In this document: positions 37,490-47,600 of the stretch, piece after piece
Position numbering within the stretch: position 1 is the stretch's first letter
Layout of the letters: each line of letters starts with the position of its first letter
Assembly: GCA_033762115.1 (NCBI GenBank)
Contig: JANRLX010000093.1
Coordinates: 48,737-112,736 of the forward strand
Origin: Verrucomicrobiota bacterium
Lineage (GTDB): Bacteria > Verrucomicrobiota > Verrucomicrobiia > Limisphaerales > SXQI01
Length of the DNA stretch: 64,000 nucleotides
Reading direction: 5' to 3'
Position numbers and translations under genes: made by a program
Notes under the pieces: generated by a model
The model's database searches: none
Told to the model about the DNA's origin: nothing
What the model saw: only the letters and a program-made list of their open reading frames with translations

Positions 37490-38287
37490 TTACTCCCCTG
37501 CGGTTTTTGCTTGTTCCGTTTTTGCCTTCAGCATGGGGCGCAGCTTTTCCAAAACAAGTTGCGCTCGCCTGCCGTTTCCAGGGTTGGAAAAATCCGCTTC
37601 CCGAATCGAAGTCGATGGCTGCACTGCGATTTTTTCCAATGCCGCGAAAATTGTTTCTGCATCGCTGAACGAAACCTCTGCCGAGAGTTGATCCTCCTGG
37701 ACAATTCTCATGGATTTACGAGCAAACTCCAGCATCACAGCGCAAGGTTCCAGACAGGGAATGTTGCTTTTCTCCTCGGCTGGGTCAACGGGCAGGTTTG
37801 GTACTGTCCAAAGTCGTTGCTTGATGCAGAATCGCAGGTGGCAACAAGCCCGTACGCTTGCAGCAGCCTGTTCATCACTGAGCATCGTGGTGATCCGGTA
37901 CATCCCGGTCTGGCGGGCAGTAAAGGGACGATAATCTGTGGGCTTGCCTCGATTTGTTAGGAGTGCATGCCGGTCTGCCAAGGCTCCAGGATATAAAATA
38001 TTTAGCGCGATTTCCAACGCAGGGAGAGTGGACGTTAAATGCTTCCAACCCTTCCTCAGGTTAGGAGCAGACTTAAGCGGGCGGAACTGTCCACTGGCAG
38101 TGAAGTCAGCGATTTTTCGCAACTCCTTTAAATCCGCCTCACTTAAACTATTTGGATCTTCCGTTAGATCCTCCTGATGCCGAAGTTCAAAACGATTCCC
38201 TTCGCCCAGAAAAATAACAACCTGTCCCAGCCGTATTGAACCAGTGTTGTTCTCCAGAAAAAGCTCAATGGGTGTGATTTCAGGCAT
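37490..38287 (-). CDS. Cys-rich hypothetical protein, possible Fe-S protein
   Basis: The start is set at ATG 38287 (MPEITPIE...); the ORF-track start at 38305 is a TTG overlapping the upstream gene. The Cys pattern is 'CCHLRFC ... CLEPC'. I vaguely recall resemblance to the DR2241-type 4Fe-4S domain family, but this is unverified. It is the last gene of a three-gene string. Confidence 0.5.
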   Translation of the reverse strand: MPEITPIELFLENNTGSIRLGQVVIFLGEGNRFELRHQEDLTEDPNSLSEADLKELRKIADFTASGQFRPLKSAPNLRKGWKHLTSTLPALEIALNILYPGALADRHALLTNRGKPTDYRPFTARQTGMYRITTMLSDEQAAASVRACCHLRFCIKQRLWTVPNLPVDPAEEKSNIPCLEPCAVMLEFARKSMRIVQEDQLSAEVSFSDAETIFAALEKIAVQPSTSIREADFSNPGNGRRAQLVLEKLRPMLKAKTEQAKTAGE

Positions 38288-38289
38288 GA

Positions 38290-39558
38290 TTATTTTCGAA
38301 CCCAACGTTTCGCTTTCATTTCCGAGCGTGGAAGAGTCCCTGCTGGGACGATCACAACAGGCACTCTCAAGCTGAAGGCACTTTGCAATGCCAATTCCAG
38401 ATCATGTGCCAGAGTGTTGGGCGCTTCGGCTACTGCTTCAATCTCCATCCTTAAATCTGTCATTCCTGAAACCTGTTGTAGGATCACTTGATATTCCCGC
38501 ACCCCTCTATGGCGCAGGATCAAATCCTCGATTGCTGAAGGATAAAGGTTCACTCCGCGAACAATCACCATATCATCGATTCGCCCAAGGATCCCGCCAA
38601 CCAATCTTGTTTCACAACTTCCGCAAAGACACGGTTGAATGGCTTTTTCTGCCCGCACGAGATCACCCGTCCGATAACGAATTGCAGGCGATCCCAATCT
38701 TGTAAGGGTGGTCAGGATCAATTCCCCAGCTTCACCGACGGCTGCCAATTTTGAACTACCCGGAATGCAAACTTCTGCCAGATAAGCATCATCAATGACA
38801 TGCAACGTTCCCGGAGTTTTGGGGCATTCATACGTGACCGGGCCGACTTCTGTCATCCCATGATGATCGAAAATACGAGCCCCGTTCCATAACCCGCTTA
38901 ATTGTTCCCGAGTGGCTGGAATACTGCCTCCCGGCTCGCCCGCCACCATGATCAACCGAATTTTGCTGGCACAAAGGTCAATTTTCTCCCTGGCTGCCAC
39001 TTCAGCCAATCGCAATGCATAGGTCGGGGTGCAGCACAGTGCAGTCACTTCATTATCCAGCAGCATCCTTAACCGGGCCACGCTGCTCAATCCACCTGCG
39101 GGTAAACACAAAGCCCCGATTCGTTGCCCGGCTTCAAATGCCAGCCAAAAACCCAGAAACGGCCCAAACGAAAAAGCAAAAAGAACCCGGTCTGAGCTAC
39201 TAACTCCTGCTGCCTGGAATACTCTGGTCCAGCTCTCCACCATGGAATTCCAGCTTTCGTTTGTGTCCAGCCAACGCAGCGGTGTTCCTGTGGTGCCGCT
39301 CGTTTGGTGAAATCGGGTAAACCGCTCCAATGGCTCGAGATGGTTGCTGCCATAGGGAGGGAAGTGAGACTGGTCAGCAACAAACTCAGATTTGAGAGTG
39401 AATGGGCAACGATCTTGAAAGTCCTCCAAAGTCGTTGATTCAGCCAATGCCAGCCCGGAAAACTTTCGACCGTAAAAGCTCTGTTCAGGAATGCGCCCAA
39501 GCAATGTGGATAGGCGCATCCACTGTGCTTCATCCAGTGCAGTGCGGGAGGGCGCCAC
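38290..39558 (-). CDS. Phenylacetate-CoA-ligase-like adenylate-forming enzyme (PaaK / coenzyme F390 synthetase family)
   Basis: 422 aa, GTG start directly abutting the upstream stop (TAAGTG). Motifs: 'FHQTSGTTGTPL' (AMP-binding P-loop), 'GEPGG', 'HHGMTE', 'YRTGD', and a C-terminal ACT-like tail typical of PaaK. Confidence 0.8.
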   Translation of the reverse strand: MAPSRTALDEAQWMRLSTLLGRIPEQSFYGRKFSGLALAESTTLEDFQDRCPFTLKSEFVADQSHFPPYGSNHLEPLERFTRFHQTSGTTGTPLRWLDTNESWNSMVESWTRVFQAAGVSSSDRVLFAFSFGPFLGFWLAFEAGQRIGALCLPAGGLSSVARLRMLLDNEVTALCCTPTYALRLAEVAAREKIDLCASKIRLIMVAGEPGGSIPATREQLSGLWNGARIFDHHGMTEVGPVTYECPKTPGTLHVIDDAYLAEVCIPGSSKLAAVGEAGELILTTLTRLGSPAIRYRTGDLVRAEKAIQPCLCGSCETRLVGGILGRIDDMVIVRGVNLYPSAIEDLILRHRGVREYQVILQQVSGMTDLRMEIEAVAEAPNTLAHDLELALQSAFSLRVPVVIVPAGTLPRSEMKAKRWVRK

Positions 39559-40113
39559 TTAACGGTTGAGTTGTGAGATCTGTGCTGCGGGGGTGGGTGG
39601 TTTTGCAGGAGGATTTGGCTTGTAATAAGTCACAAGGCACCCTCCCACAGCCGCCAGCAGGATGCCGAGGTAAAATTGCGGTTTGATCCCTCCCCAACCT
39701 CCGGCAGGTGGGTGCAGAAGAATCGCTGTGATCGCATTCACAATCGGAGCACCGGCAAAAACGATCGACATCACCACCGCCGGAGTGCCCTTTGCACCGA
39801 ACGCCAGCAATACTCCAAATGCTCCCAAAGCGCCAACAATCCCGGCAATTAACGACCAGCTCATTCCACGTACCGGATAATTCCATGAGGCGCCCTTGGC
39901 CATCAATAATGCCAGCGGCGCAAGCACCGCGGTCAGGAAGTAGGCGAGCCCCACGAACAGGAACGCTTTGTAACGCCCGTTGACCGGATCCCCCATCGCT
40001 ATTTGTCCAGTGTGCAGGAACACTCCGTAAACACCCCAGGAAACAACGGTTAATAACGAAAACAGAAACCAGGTCATCCCCGGTGACGATGAATTTTCAG
40101 CACCCATATTCAA
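39559..40113 (-). CDS. Small polytopic membrane protein (about 5 TM, half-size DMT/EamA-like)
   Basis: 184 aa and very hydrophobic, with Gly/Ala-rich helices (WFLFSLLTVVSWGVYGVFLH; AFLFVGLAYFLTAVLAPLALL; WSLIAGIVGALGAFGVLLAF; VVMSIVFAGAPIVNAITAILL; FYLGILLAAVGGCLVTYY). The family assignment is tentative. Confidence 0.55.
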   Translation of the reverse strand: MNMGAENSSSPGMTWFLFSLLTVVSWGVYGVFLHTGQIAMGDPVNGRYKAFLFVGLAYFLTAVLAPLALLMAKGASWNYPVRGMSWSLIAGIVGALGAFGVLLAFGAKGTPAVVMSIVFAGAPIVNAITAILLHPPAGGWGGIKPQFYLGILLAAVGGCLVTYYKPNPPAKPPTPAAQISQLNR

Positions 40114-40157
40114 CGCACATTAGCAAAGTGATACGGGAGAGCAAACGGACATTCCTT

Positions 40158-40808
40158 TCAGATCAATTGTCCCAGACGACGCAAGGCGAGCGACACCTCC
40201 TCGGCCCACCAGCTTAGGGCAGTTAAAAGACCCATCCCACGCGTGATCAATGGCAGTCCGAGGATTAAGACAAGCAGGTTCCCAAGAAAGATTGTGACCG
40301 CCGAAAATAAAATCCCGTTCTCCGTCACATCACTTTGCTCCATCGATAATACATGGACTGTAAAAGTCAGATGAAAAGCGTAGGCTGCGCCAAGCAGTAG
40401 ATGAAACCAAAACGCATAGGGGGTTATTGGCCAGATCAGGCTGCCGATCAAAAATAATAAAAAAAGCAGAACCGCATAGATGGGAAAGAAATAAGGAGCC
40501 AGCGTGATCAGGAAATTGCTTTTCGTCACGATGACATGGCCCCCCTTTGATGTGGCCTTGAATTTTTTGACGCGCCCTCCGAAACACCAGGTCCACACTG
40601 CATGTGTCAGTTCATGGCCAAACACGTACACCCACATCGGTTTGGGCAGGAGGAGGTAAATGACAACCCAGGAGGCTGCTCCCGCCAACAGGCAGGCCCA
40701 GATTGTGTCTGCTCGCCCGGTTGCGGCAATCACTCGAACTAATGTCCTTAGCCCAGCCCAACAAACCGGCAGCAGTAATAAGCCAAAGATAAATTTGATC
40801 CACTTCAC
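40158..40808 (-). CDS. Polytopic membrane protein with an HExxH motif (putative M50/zincin-like intramembrane metalloprotease)
   Basis: 216 aa with about 6 TM helices and 'VFGHELTHAVW' at the end of TM2. The family is unverified. Confidence 0.5.
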   Translation of the reverse strand: MKWIKFIFGLLLLPVCWAGLRTLVRVIAATGRADTIWACLLAGAASWVVIYLLLPKPMWVYVFGHELTHAVWTWCFGGRVKKFKATSKGGHVIVTKSNFLITLAPYFFPIYAVLLFLLFLIGSLIWPITPYAFWFHLLLGAAYAFHLTFTVHVLSMEQSDVTENGILFSAVTIFLGNLLVLILGLPLITRGMGLLTALSWWAEEVSLALRRLGQLI

Positions 40809-40894
40809 TGGTGCGGCATCTCATAGAGGCGCACGAATTCCGTGGCAAGGGATTTGAAGGAAATCAAAGATATAGCTGGCAGACCTCGAACCGC

Positions 40895-41368
40895 TCAGCT
40901 CTTATTTGAACTTTCCGGCTTTAAACTTTGAGAGGATTGCTTTTGCTTCGAAAGATCTGGCATCAATTCAATCGACATGACCAGTTGCGTCAACTCTTCC
41001 AAGTTCCCGTGCTTGACCAGATAAGCGTTGGCTCCGAGGTCAAACGCCTGCTGGATCAACTTTAGTTGTGTCGGCCTGACCATTGAAATCACGGGTATGT
41101 GCGAAAAATTCGACTGTTGCCGAATCCAGCCAAGAACACTCAGGCCGCTTCCATCCGGTAATCCCAGATCAAGAACAATAAGACCGGGAATTGGATAAAT
41201 GCTTCGATTGCCATAAATTCCCACTCCCTTCAAATAAAGGATGGCTTCGTTCCCGTACCGTGCCACTTTCATGGAGCTGAGAATCTCCGCCTTCCGGAAA
41301 GCCTGCTCTATCTGATAGATGCTTTCGGCACTATTCTCGATCAGAAAGATGATGCTGTCCGGCTTCAT
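40895..41368 (-). CDS. Stand-alone response-regulator receiver domain protein
   Basis: 157 aa with 'IIFLIENS' (acidic pocket reads E-N rather than D-D), phospho-acceptor context 'LIVLDLGLPDGSG', 'PVISMV' and 'AYLVKH'. No output domain. Confidence 0.8.
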   Translation of the reverse strand: MKPDSIIFLIENSAESIYQIEQAFRKAEILSSMKVARYGNEAILYLKGVGIYGNRSIYPIPGLIVLDLGLPDGSGLSVLGWIRQQSNFSHIPVISMVRPTQLKLIQQAFDLGANAYLVKHGNLEELTQLVMSIELMPDLSKQKQSSQSLKPESSNKS

Positions 41369-41522
41369 TTTTACTCACCCGGCGGCCTGTCCTCATTGTT
41401 TCCCTGTTTCACGCAGTAAGAATAAACCACTTTTTGAACAAAGTTGCCATATAGACTTTCCCCTAATCAGGACTGATACATAAGCCGTAAAATAGAAGGG
41501 CGTTTTAACCCGGATGTCTGAA

Positions 41523-44306
41523 TTATGGCTGTGGCACCGCTCGATAAAATTTTAACGGTGCGGAGGATGATGATAGGGGGTCGATCCAGAGATAAGTATT
41601 TGAACTCAGCGTAATTACATCTTTTTCAGCCCAGGAGTTCAGATTGGATGATTCATAAATTTTGAATCGTTGTCCCGGTTGTCCGGTGATTTTCAGGTTA
41701 AATTTTCCGGCAAGAATCTGCCCGCTGCTGCTTCCAGTCGCCGGGTTGGAGGTTGCAGGATCAAAAAAGATCCCATTCACAATTGCATTGTAACCGCTCA
41801 CTTTGGTGAAACGAAATTTCAAGGAACCTTTCAGGTTCCAGACCAGCCATTTTCCAGTTGAGAAGTTGGCCACTGTTTGAGTATCCAGAACGGCGCCGCT
41901 GCTGGCATCCAGAACTTCCACTGTCTGGACCCGGGAATTACTGCTCGTCGCGTCCCAATCCAGGAAATACATCGCTACCCGATGGGTTTCCCCGTCCAAT
42001 AAATTGAGGTCCACTGTAAAACTCTGCCCGTACCATGCTGAAGCCAGCCGCCCGGAAGTGGTGCGTTCCAAGGCACGCAGTTCACTTGTTGAGTCAGACC
42101 ATAGCCATGATTCGGAGCCCGTTTGGGAGAGGGAAACATAACCAGGAGTTCGAATGCCATCCCCACTGATCTGATAGCCGTCACTGCCGTACACGCCTTT
42201 CCAGCTGCCTCTCGTGGTCATATCCGTGGTCACCAGTGAAACGACCGGAGTGACGGAATTTGCAAGGCTGGTCCGCGCGGTCGCTTCGCTGGAGAAACCC
42301 GATTCTCCATTGCTGTTATAGGCGCGAACCCGATAGCTGTACTGTGTCCCGGCGGAGAGTCCGCTGTCTGTGAAAGTAATGCTATTGGCGGAGAGCCGAG
42401 CTCGCTCAAAAAATTCTCCATTCCCGACCCGTCGATCCAGGACGAATCCGCTTTCGTTGTTGGCATTGTCGGACCAACGAAGATCGATTTGAGAAATCGA
42501 TTTGCTGATGGCCACGAGCGCAGAAGGAGCGACCGGGCCTTGAGGAGGTAATTGGACATTGTTTGGATAAAAAATTCCCTGACTTGGATTCAGATAACTT
42601 CCGCTTCCAGAACGCTCCAGTTTCACTGCGCGCACCATGTAAATGGTTCCGCTCGCGTGACCGGTATAATTGAAAAAGGTGCCCCCGAGGAGTGAACTTC
42701 CTGAAATGCGAGTGAAAGGTCCGCGAGAAGAGGTTCCTTTGTAAACTACATAACCTTGGATATCACTGTCAGGCGATGCACCCCAGGTCAGGTTTACTGA
42801 TCCGCCAGTGATCGTTCCGTTCAGATTTGCAGGCGGAGTGACCATGTGCATTCGCAATGTGGGGTCCCCCATCAGAGCGGCATGCACTTGACGTGTCCCC
42901 CAGTTTTGGGCGGCGTAAAGTCCCCCGTATCCATTGTTCTGGCTGAGCAACGTGCTGTAACCAATCGTCTCGCCCAAAGCCATGTGATGGTAAAACCAAT
43001 GCGGACGGCCTGCCCATGAAGTGGTGAGGGTATAGGTGGTTGAGCCAAGCGGGGCTCGAAGAAAGTTACTTTCATTGTCCCAATCACCGAAGTAACTGCC
43101 GAGAAACATGGTGAATACGGACTTGATGTCTCCCAGCGCAAAATCATCCGAACCACCCACTCCATTACAGGTGTAGTAACTCCCGCCGCCTGTCCCGTAT
43201 GACCAAAGATAACCCTGTGAATTCAGGGTGGTAAAAAACTGTCCGCCACCCACGGAAGCGACATTATCAGCTCCGAACATTGGAGCAAAATTGCGCCAAC
43301 CGCTCGCTGCAAATGCTTCCCCTTCCCGTTCCCCAAAGTTGTCGCAGACCAATCCGCGGCGAGGAAGATCAATCAGCCGATGACGAAAATTATGGTCCTT
43401 GTTCAGGTACTGACGGAGGAGGTCCTTCTCGCTACGCGCTGGCGATTTGTTTGCGTAGCAGGTCATGTTAGAGAGGTCAACACGTCCCACGGCAAGTTCG
43501 ACATTGCCTGGCAAATTGGACTGATCGAATTTTCCATCCCCAGGAACATTCCTGTTTGCCGGACGGTGTGATCCGGAGTTGTTCACGGACGAATCGGTCC
43601 AATTTCCATCCATGTCACCGTAGTAAAGGTCAGCGGGCCATGCCCCATTATGATCCTCATGCCCATCGGGATTGAAATTGCCCGAGTAGGGAACTGGCAC
43701 GCGTCCGAAAAGAAAGACCGCTTTGACGTTCGCCGGATCGGCGTTGTAATCCGCTTTGATGATTTCCTTGATCGAAGGGACCGAAGCTGTGCGTGACACA
43801 TCGTGGCGCAGAACAGTCCAGCCATCACCTGCAAGATCCTGCTCCAACCGGGTAAGCTCCATCGCCAGATCATTGGCGTAAAGATTTTCGACCAGGAGCA
43901 CTACTTTCCCACGGTTCTCGATCAATGGTGCATTGATCCCCACGTAAGCGTAGCCAGTGCCGGGATAATTCCAGCTTGTTGTTTTTGAAAGTGCGTATTC
44001 GTAGGTGTTGCGATCAGCAACATTGGAATCCGTATAAGTAGTGGCGCTTCCAGGAAGGGTGGCGATTTGAGACCAGCTCGTCGCATTCTTTCCTTTACGC
44101 GAAACCGTGTAACCGGTCGCCCTCTCGTCGCTGGCCCAGGTCAAGGTCACACGAGCGGGGGAGGATTGTACCGATGCGCTCACCATTACGGCGTAGTATT
44201 TCGGATCCACTTCAGCCCGAACTGCCACGGTTGCGAAAATTGCAGTGCAACAAGCCCATAGCGCCCACATTGTATTAATTTTCAGAAACTTCATTTTACC
44301 CGTCAT
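41523..44306 (-). CDS. Large secreted multidomain protein: three FN3 domains, a ~400-aa central domain of unknown function, and C-terminal beta-sandwich domains
   Basis: 927 aa with signal peptide (MWALWACCTAIFATVAVRA). FN3 segments: 'ARVTLTWASDERATGYTVSRK...YEYAL', 'SVNLTWGASPDSDIQGYVVYK...YMVRAV', 'IDLRWSDNANNESGFVLDRR...YSYRVRAYNSNGESG'. The central region (VVLLVENLY...VFLFGRVPVPYSG...ELAVGRVDLSNM) loosely recalls gingipain-like (clan CD) folds, but no catalytic Cys context is evident. The protein ends in KFYRAVPQP. Confidence 0.65.
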   Translation of the reverse strand: MTGKMKFLKINTMWALWACCTAIFATVAVRAEVDPKYYAVMVSASVQSSPARVTLTWASDERATGYTVSRKGKNATSWSQIATLPGSATTYTDSNVADRNTYEYALSKTTSWNYPGTGYAYVGINAPLIENRGKVVLLVENLYANDLAMELTRLEQDLAGDGWTVLRHDVSRTASVPSIKEIIKADYNADPANVKAVFLFGRVPVPYSGNFNPDGHEDHNGAWPADLYYGDMDGNWTDSSVNNSGSHRPANRNVPGDGKFDQSNLPGNVELAVGRVDLSNMTCYANKSPARSEKDLLRQYLNKDHNFRHRLIDLPRRGLVCDNFGEREGEAFAASGWRNFAPMFGADNVASVGGGQFFTTLNSQGYLWSYGTGGGSYYTCNGVGGSDDFALGDIKSVFTMFLGSYFGDWDNESNFLRAPLGSTTYTLTTSWAGRPHWFYHHMALGETIGYSTLLSQNNGYGGLYAAQNWGTRQVHAALMGDPTLRMHMVTPPANLNGTITGGSVNLTWGASPDSDIQGYVVYKGTSSRGPFTRISGSSLLGGTFFNYTGHASGTIYMVRAVKLERSGSGSYLNPSQGIFYPNNVQLPPQGPVAPSALVAISKSISQIDLRWSDNANNESGFVLDRRVGNGEFFERARLSANSITFTDSGLSAGTQYSYRVRAYNSNGESGFSSEATARTSLANSVTPVVSLVTTDMTTRGSWKGVYGSDGYQISGDGIRTPGYVSLSQTGSESWLWSDSTSELRALERTTSGRLASAWYGQSFTVDLNLLDGETHRVAMYFLDWDATSSNSRVQTVEVLDASSGAVLDTQTVANFSTGKWLVWNLKGSLKFRFTKVSGYNAIVNGIFFDPATSNPATGSSSGQILAGKFNLKITGQPGQRFKIYESSNLNSWAEKDVITLSSNTYLWIDPLSSSSAPLKFYRAVPQP

Positions 44307-44544
44307 GGTTTTGGATGACGCAAAAGCGCCGCTTCAAATGTCCTAAGACTGTGATGCAGCAGAGCTGCTTTGAATGCGCCACTTCCTTGCAGTAGCTCCC
44401 TGGGCTTAGAGAGCAGAACCTGCGTGACGCGCCGAAAGTAGGAATGAAGAGAGCATCTCGTCAACCTGCTTTTACGGCTTCAGCTTTAGCAGGGTGCATG
44501 CCATCGCGAAAACGATGCTGGTAAATGATGTGGGTTTGAAGAAA

Positions 44545-44578
44545 CAGGAAAAATGGCTTGTTTGGGCCATTTTTCCTG
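44545..44578 (-). terminator. Perfect 13-bp hairpin, a likely intrinsic terminator of the alpha-2-macroglobulin gene
   Basis: CAGGAAAAATGGC-ttgtttgg-GCCATTTTTCCTG. Read on the minus strand it is followed by TTTCTTCAAA. It lies about 110 nt downstream of the stop at 44691. Confidence 0.5.
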
Positions 44579-44690
44579 AACTAGGAGGAATTACAAAAAC
44601 TGAAATAATTCCCAAAAATGTTTTGAACAAAAGTTGTCCATCATTGAGACAATCTGCTGAATACGCGCATTAAAATGAGCCCCTACAACC

Positions 44691-47600
44691 CTAAGGCTCC
44701 AGCACATTGACGCGCAACTCGCTTGAGTTGCTTCTGATTTCAGGAACATACATCGCTTGCCCAAGCAGGGGTAAAGCATGGAATTTTCCTGGTGTTTCTG
44801 CCCTCAACTCATAACGAATCTGCCAGACGCCCTGCGGCAGTTTGTCGATGAACATGGCCACTTTTCGGTCGCGTAATTCCTGGTAAACCCAGCGATTGCG
44901 TCCTGTATAATTTTCCTCTGCTTCACTCTGTTGTCGCGCACTGGATTTCAGTTCACGGCTGTAAAGCATTTCGCCGCTTCGAATCTGGACCGCTTCGAAA
45001 CCAGCCGGTTTCAAATCCTCAAACATCAGATATTCATAGTCGTTCTTGGTTTCCACAGTGAGCACCACCTCTACGCGATCCCCGCTTTTAACCGAACCAA
45101 GGTCAGTTAAAGGTTCGCGCTGGTAAATATACCCCTTGAGCAGCGTTGGCTTACCCACCAGTTTAAAATACTCCCGTTTCACGAACAGTTCATTCCCTGC
45201 GGGTGATATCGGTTCCTCGGTGCTGAAATATTCTGCTTCCACAGAATAATAGAGCGGGGAAATTCCGGATTTCCGCAGCAGCCGAATCTCATTTCGTTCT
45301 TTGATCAAGGCCGAAGGCACCTCGAATGTTCCAGGCGCGGTAAACAATTCTGCTCCCTTGATTTTCAGGGATGTGATCTCTTCTCCATTGACAATAAGTG
45401 AATACTCAACATCCACATCAAGCTCGCCGCTTACTTTCAGGTAATCTGTCAAAGCCATGATCGAGATTGCCGTGTCCCGTGTGTTGCTCCATTGCGCTCC
45501 ACGACGGTTTTTAATCATCCAGTTTGTCACCTCTGTTACGAGAGGGTTCCTGGGATCAATCGTCAGCAATGCCTTTAATGCGAATGCAGTGGCTTCGATT
45601 GGGCCCTCTGACCAGCGCCACCAAAACCCGTCACTTCCCCAATGTGCCGTTTGGATCGCACCCTCTTGCGCCTGATTTCCGAGAAGCCGGGATTTGCCTG
45701 GATCATCTCGTTTCACGCCGTTCTCAAGGTTTCTCACCAAAGTTTCTGAACGGTCCCGCTGTTTCAAGTGGTGAGCAGCCAGGGCAAACAATGCCCTCGT
45801 ATATGCGTTCAACTGGTCCCGCTTTTCCCACAAGTTATTGCTCGCGGTCACCACAAATGGCTGTTTCCGAATTTCTGTATCGCCTGCTGTTGCCACAGCA
45901 ATGGCATGCAACATCCAGGCTTGAAGGTCCGGTCGCGATTCCTCCTCCACAATTTCTTCTGTCAGATAACGCAACGCCTGGGCGAGTCGGTTTTCTGGAA
46001 TACTCACCCCTGCCTCTTTGCACAAGGCAAGCCCCCAGACCACATAAGCAGTCATGTAATGATCACTCTCACCATCCTTCCACCAACCCCATCCACCGTC
46101 CCCATGCTGGAACTCTTCCAACCGTTTCAACCCTTTCTCGACCATTTCATCCAGCTGGCGGAGATCCTTTTTTCCTTTCACATGAATCTTGTTTGTAGCG
46201 CCCGGCTCAATTCCCCCAAACGCTCTTCCCATCACTTCCTCCGGTTTGATTCCTGATTCTCGCAAGGTTTTGGCAACAATTACCGCGGGCAGAAACCGGC
46301 TCATCGTTTGCTCAGTGCAGCCGTAAGGAAAATCAATCAGGTAAGGCAAGGCATCCAGCATCGTAATCGCGATACTGGGGGTCACATGAATGCGCATGGA
46401 AGTGGTGCCGGGCTTGCGAGCATTCGGCAGCTCAAATGTCGTCCGCAACTCATTTGTCATCAACTTGCCGGAAAGCGCGGTGAATTTTTCAATTCCATGC
46501 TCATGGATCGGGTACTCTCTTTCCATTGCATCAGAATATTTCTCTGAGCGGCCGATCATCTGGATTTTCACTGATCCTGCCTTGGTCGGATTCACTGTCC
46601 AATCCACTCTCGCCTCTCCATGCGCGGGAACGGTTACCGGCTCCCGTCTTGATGGTTGTGGCAGGTTCATTCCTTGAATTTTAATCTCTGGCCGGACTGT
46701 AAATTCCTCATCGGTATTATTGTTGACCACGGCCGAAATCGTCACGCTGTCTCCTACCACAAAAAATCGCGGCGCCTGCAACCGCACAATCAAGGGTTTT
46801 TGTGTTATCGTGTTCGTTTGGGCAATACCGAACCGGTTCCCTTCAGCCACTACCCGCGCGGTCGCTTTCCACGTTGTCAGCGAGTCTGGATAAATCAGTG
46901 TGACATCAGCCCATCCGTTTGCATCTGTCCTGATTGCAGGTTCCCAAAAAATTGTTGAACGAAAATCCGAACGCACCTGCACAGGATCTTCATTATTGCT
47001 TGCTCCCGGGGCGGCAGCACTGTCTGCAGCCAGGACATTCAGCATACTTTGTCCTGCCTCCTGTTTCGCCGCTGCAACATTAAGGACAGCACGAGACAAT
47101 TTAAGTTCTGATTCCGGGTAGGCAGCATCTTTCAGTAAGCCGTAACGTGTATGCATCGACCGCTCCAGCCTTTCCTCTTGAAAATAATAAGCTTCTTTCA
47201 ATTCATCTTCGACTCGCTCCTGGATTGCCTGAAAACGGCGATGGTTCAAGGTGCTGGAGGTCATCACATCCTGCCGCCGGGTTTGGCCAAAAAAGAATTG
47301 GCGTGGATCAGGCGCATAGTCCGATTGAATAGAGTAGACCGATTCATCCACAACTCCCAAGGCAACTTCGGCGGGAATTGGTTTCCCTTCATGGTCCAGC
47401 GTGCGAATTTTAAAACGTCCTTTTTCCTGCGGCTGAGATTGTTTCTGCTGAGGTTCAAGTTGCACCTGGGCGAACTGTTTTTCCGGAGGGACAACGATTG
47501 TTTGTTGCTCCTGGATGACCTGTTTTTCATTCACCATCACACCCGAAATGTAAAAGTTAGGCACGTGCTCCTCGCCAATCGGGATTTGAAGAAGCTTTGT

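Noticed and set aside
40895-41368. The orphan receiver domain with E-N instead of D-D in the acidic pocket, as a possible pseudo-receiver.
   Set aside because: The phospho-acceptor Asp, the Ser/Thr and the Lys positions all appear present. A single Asp-to-Asn change in the pocket occurs in functional receivers, so the evidence is too thin for a finding.
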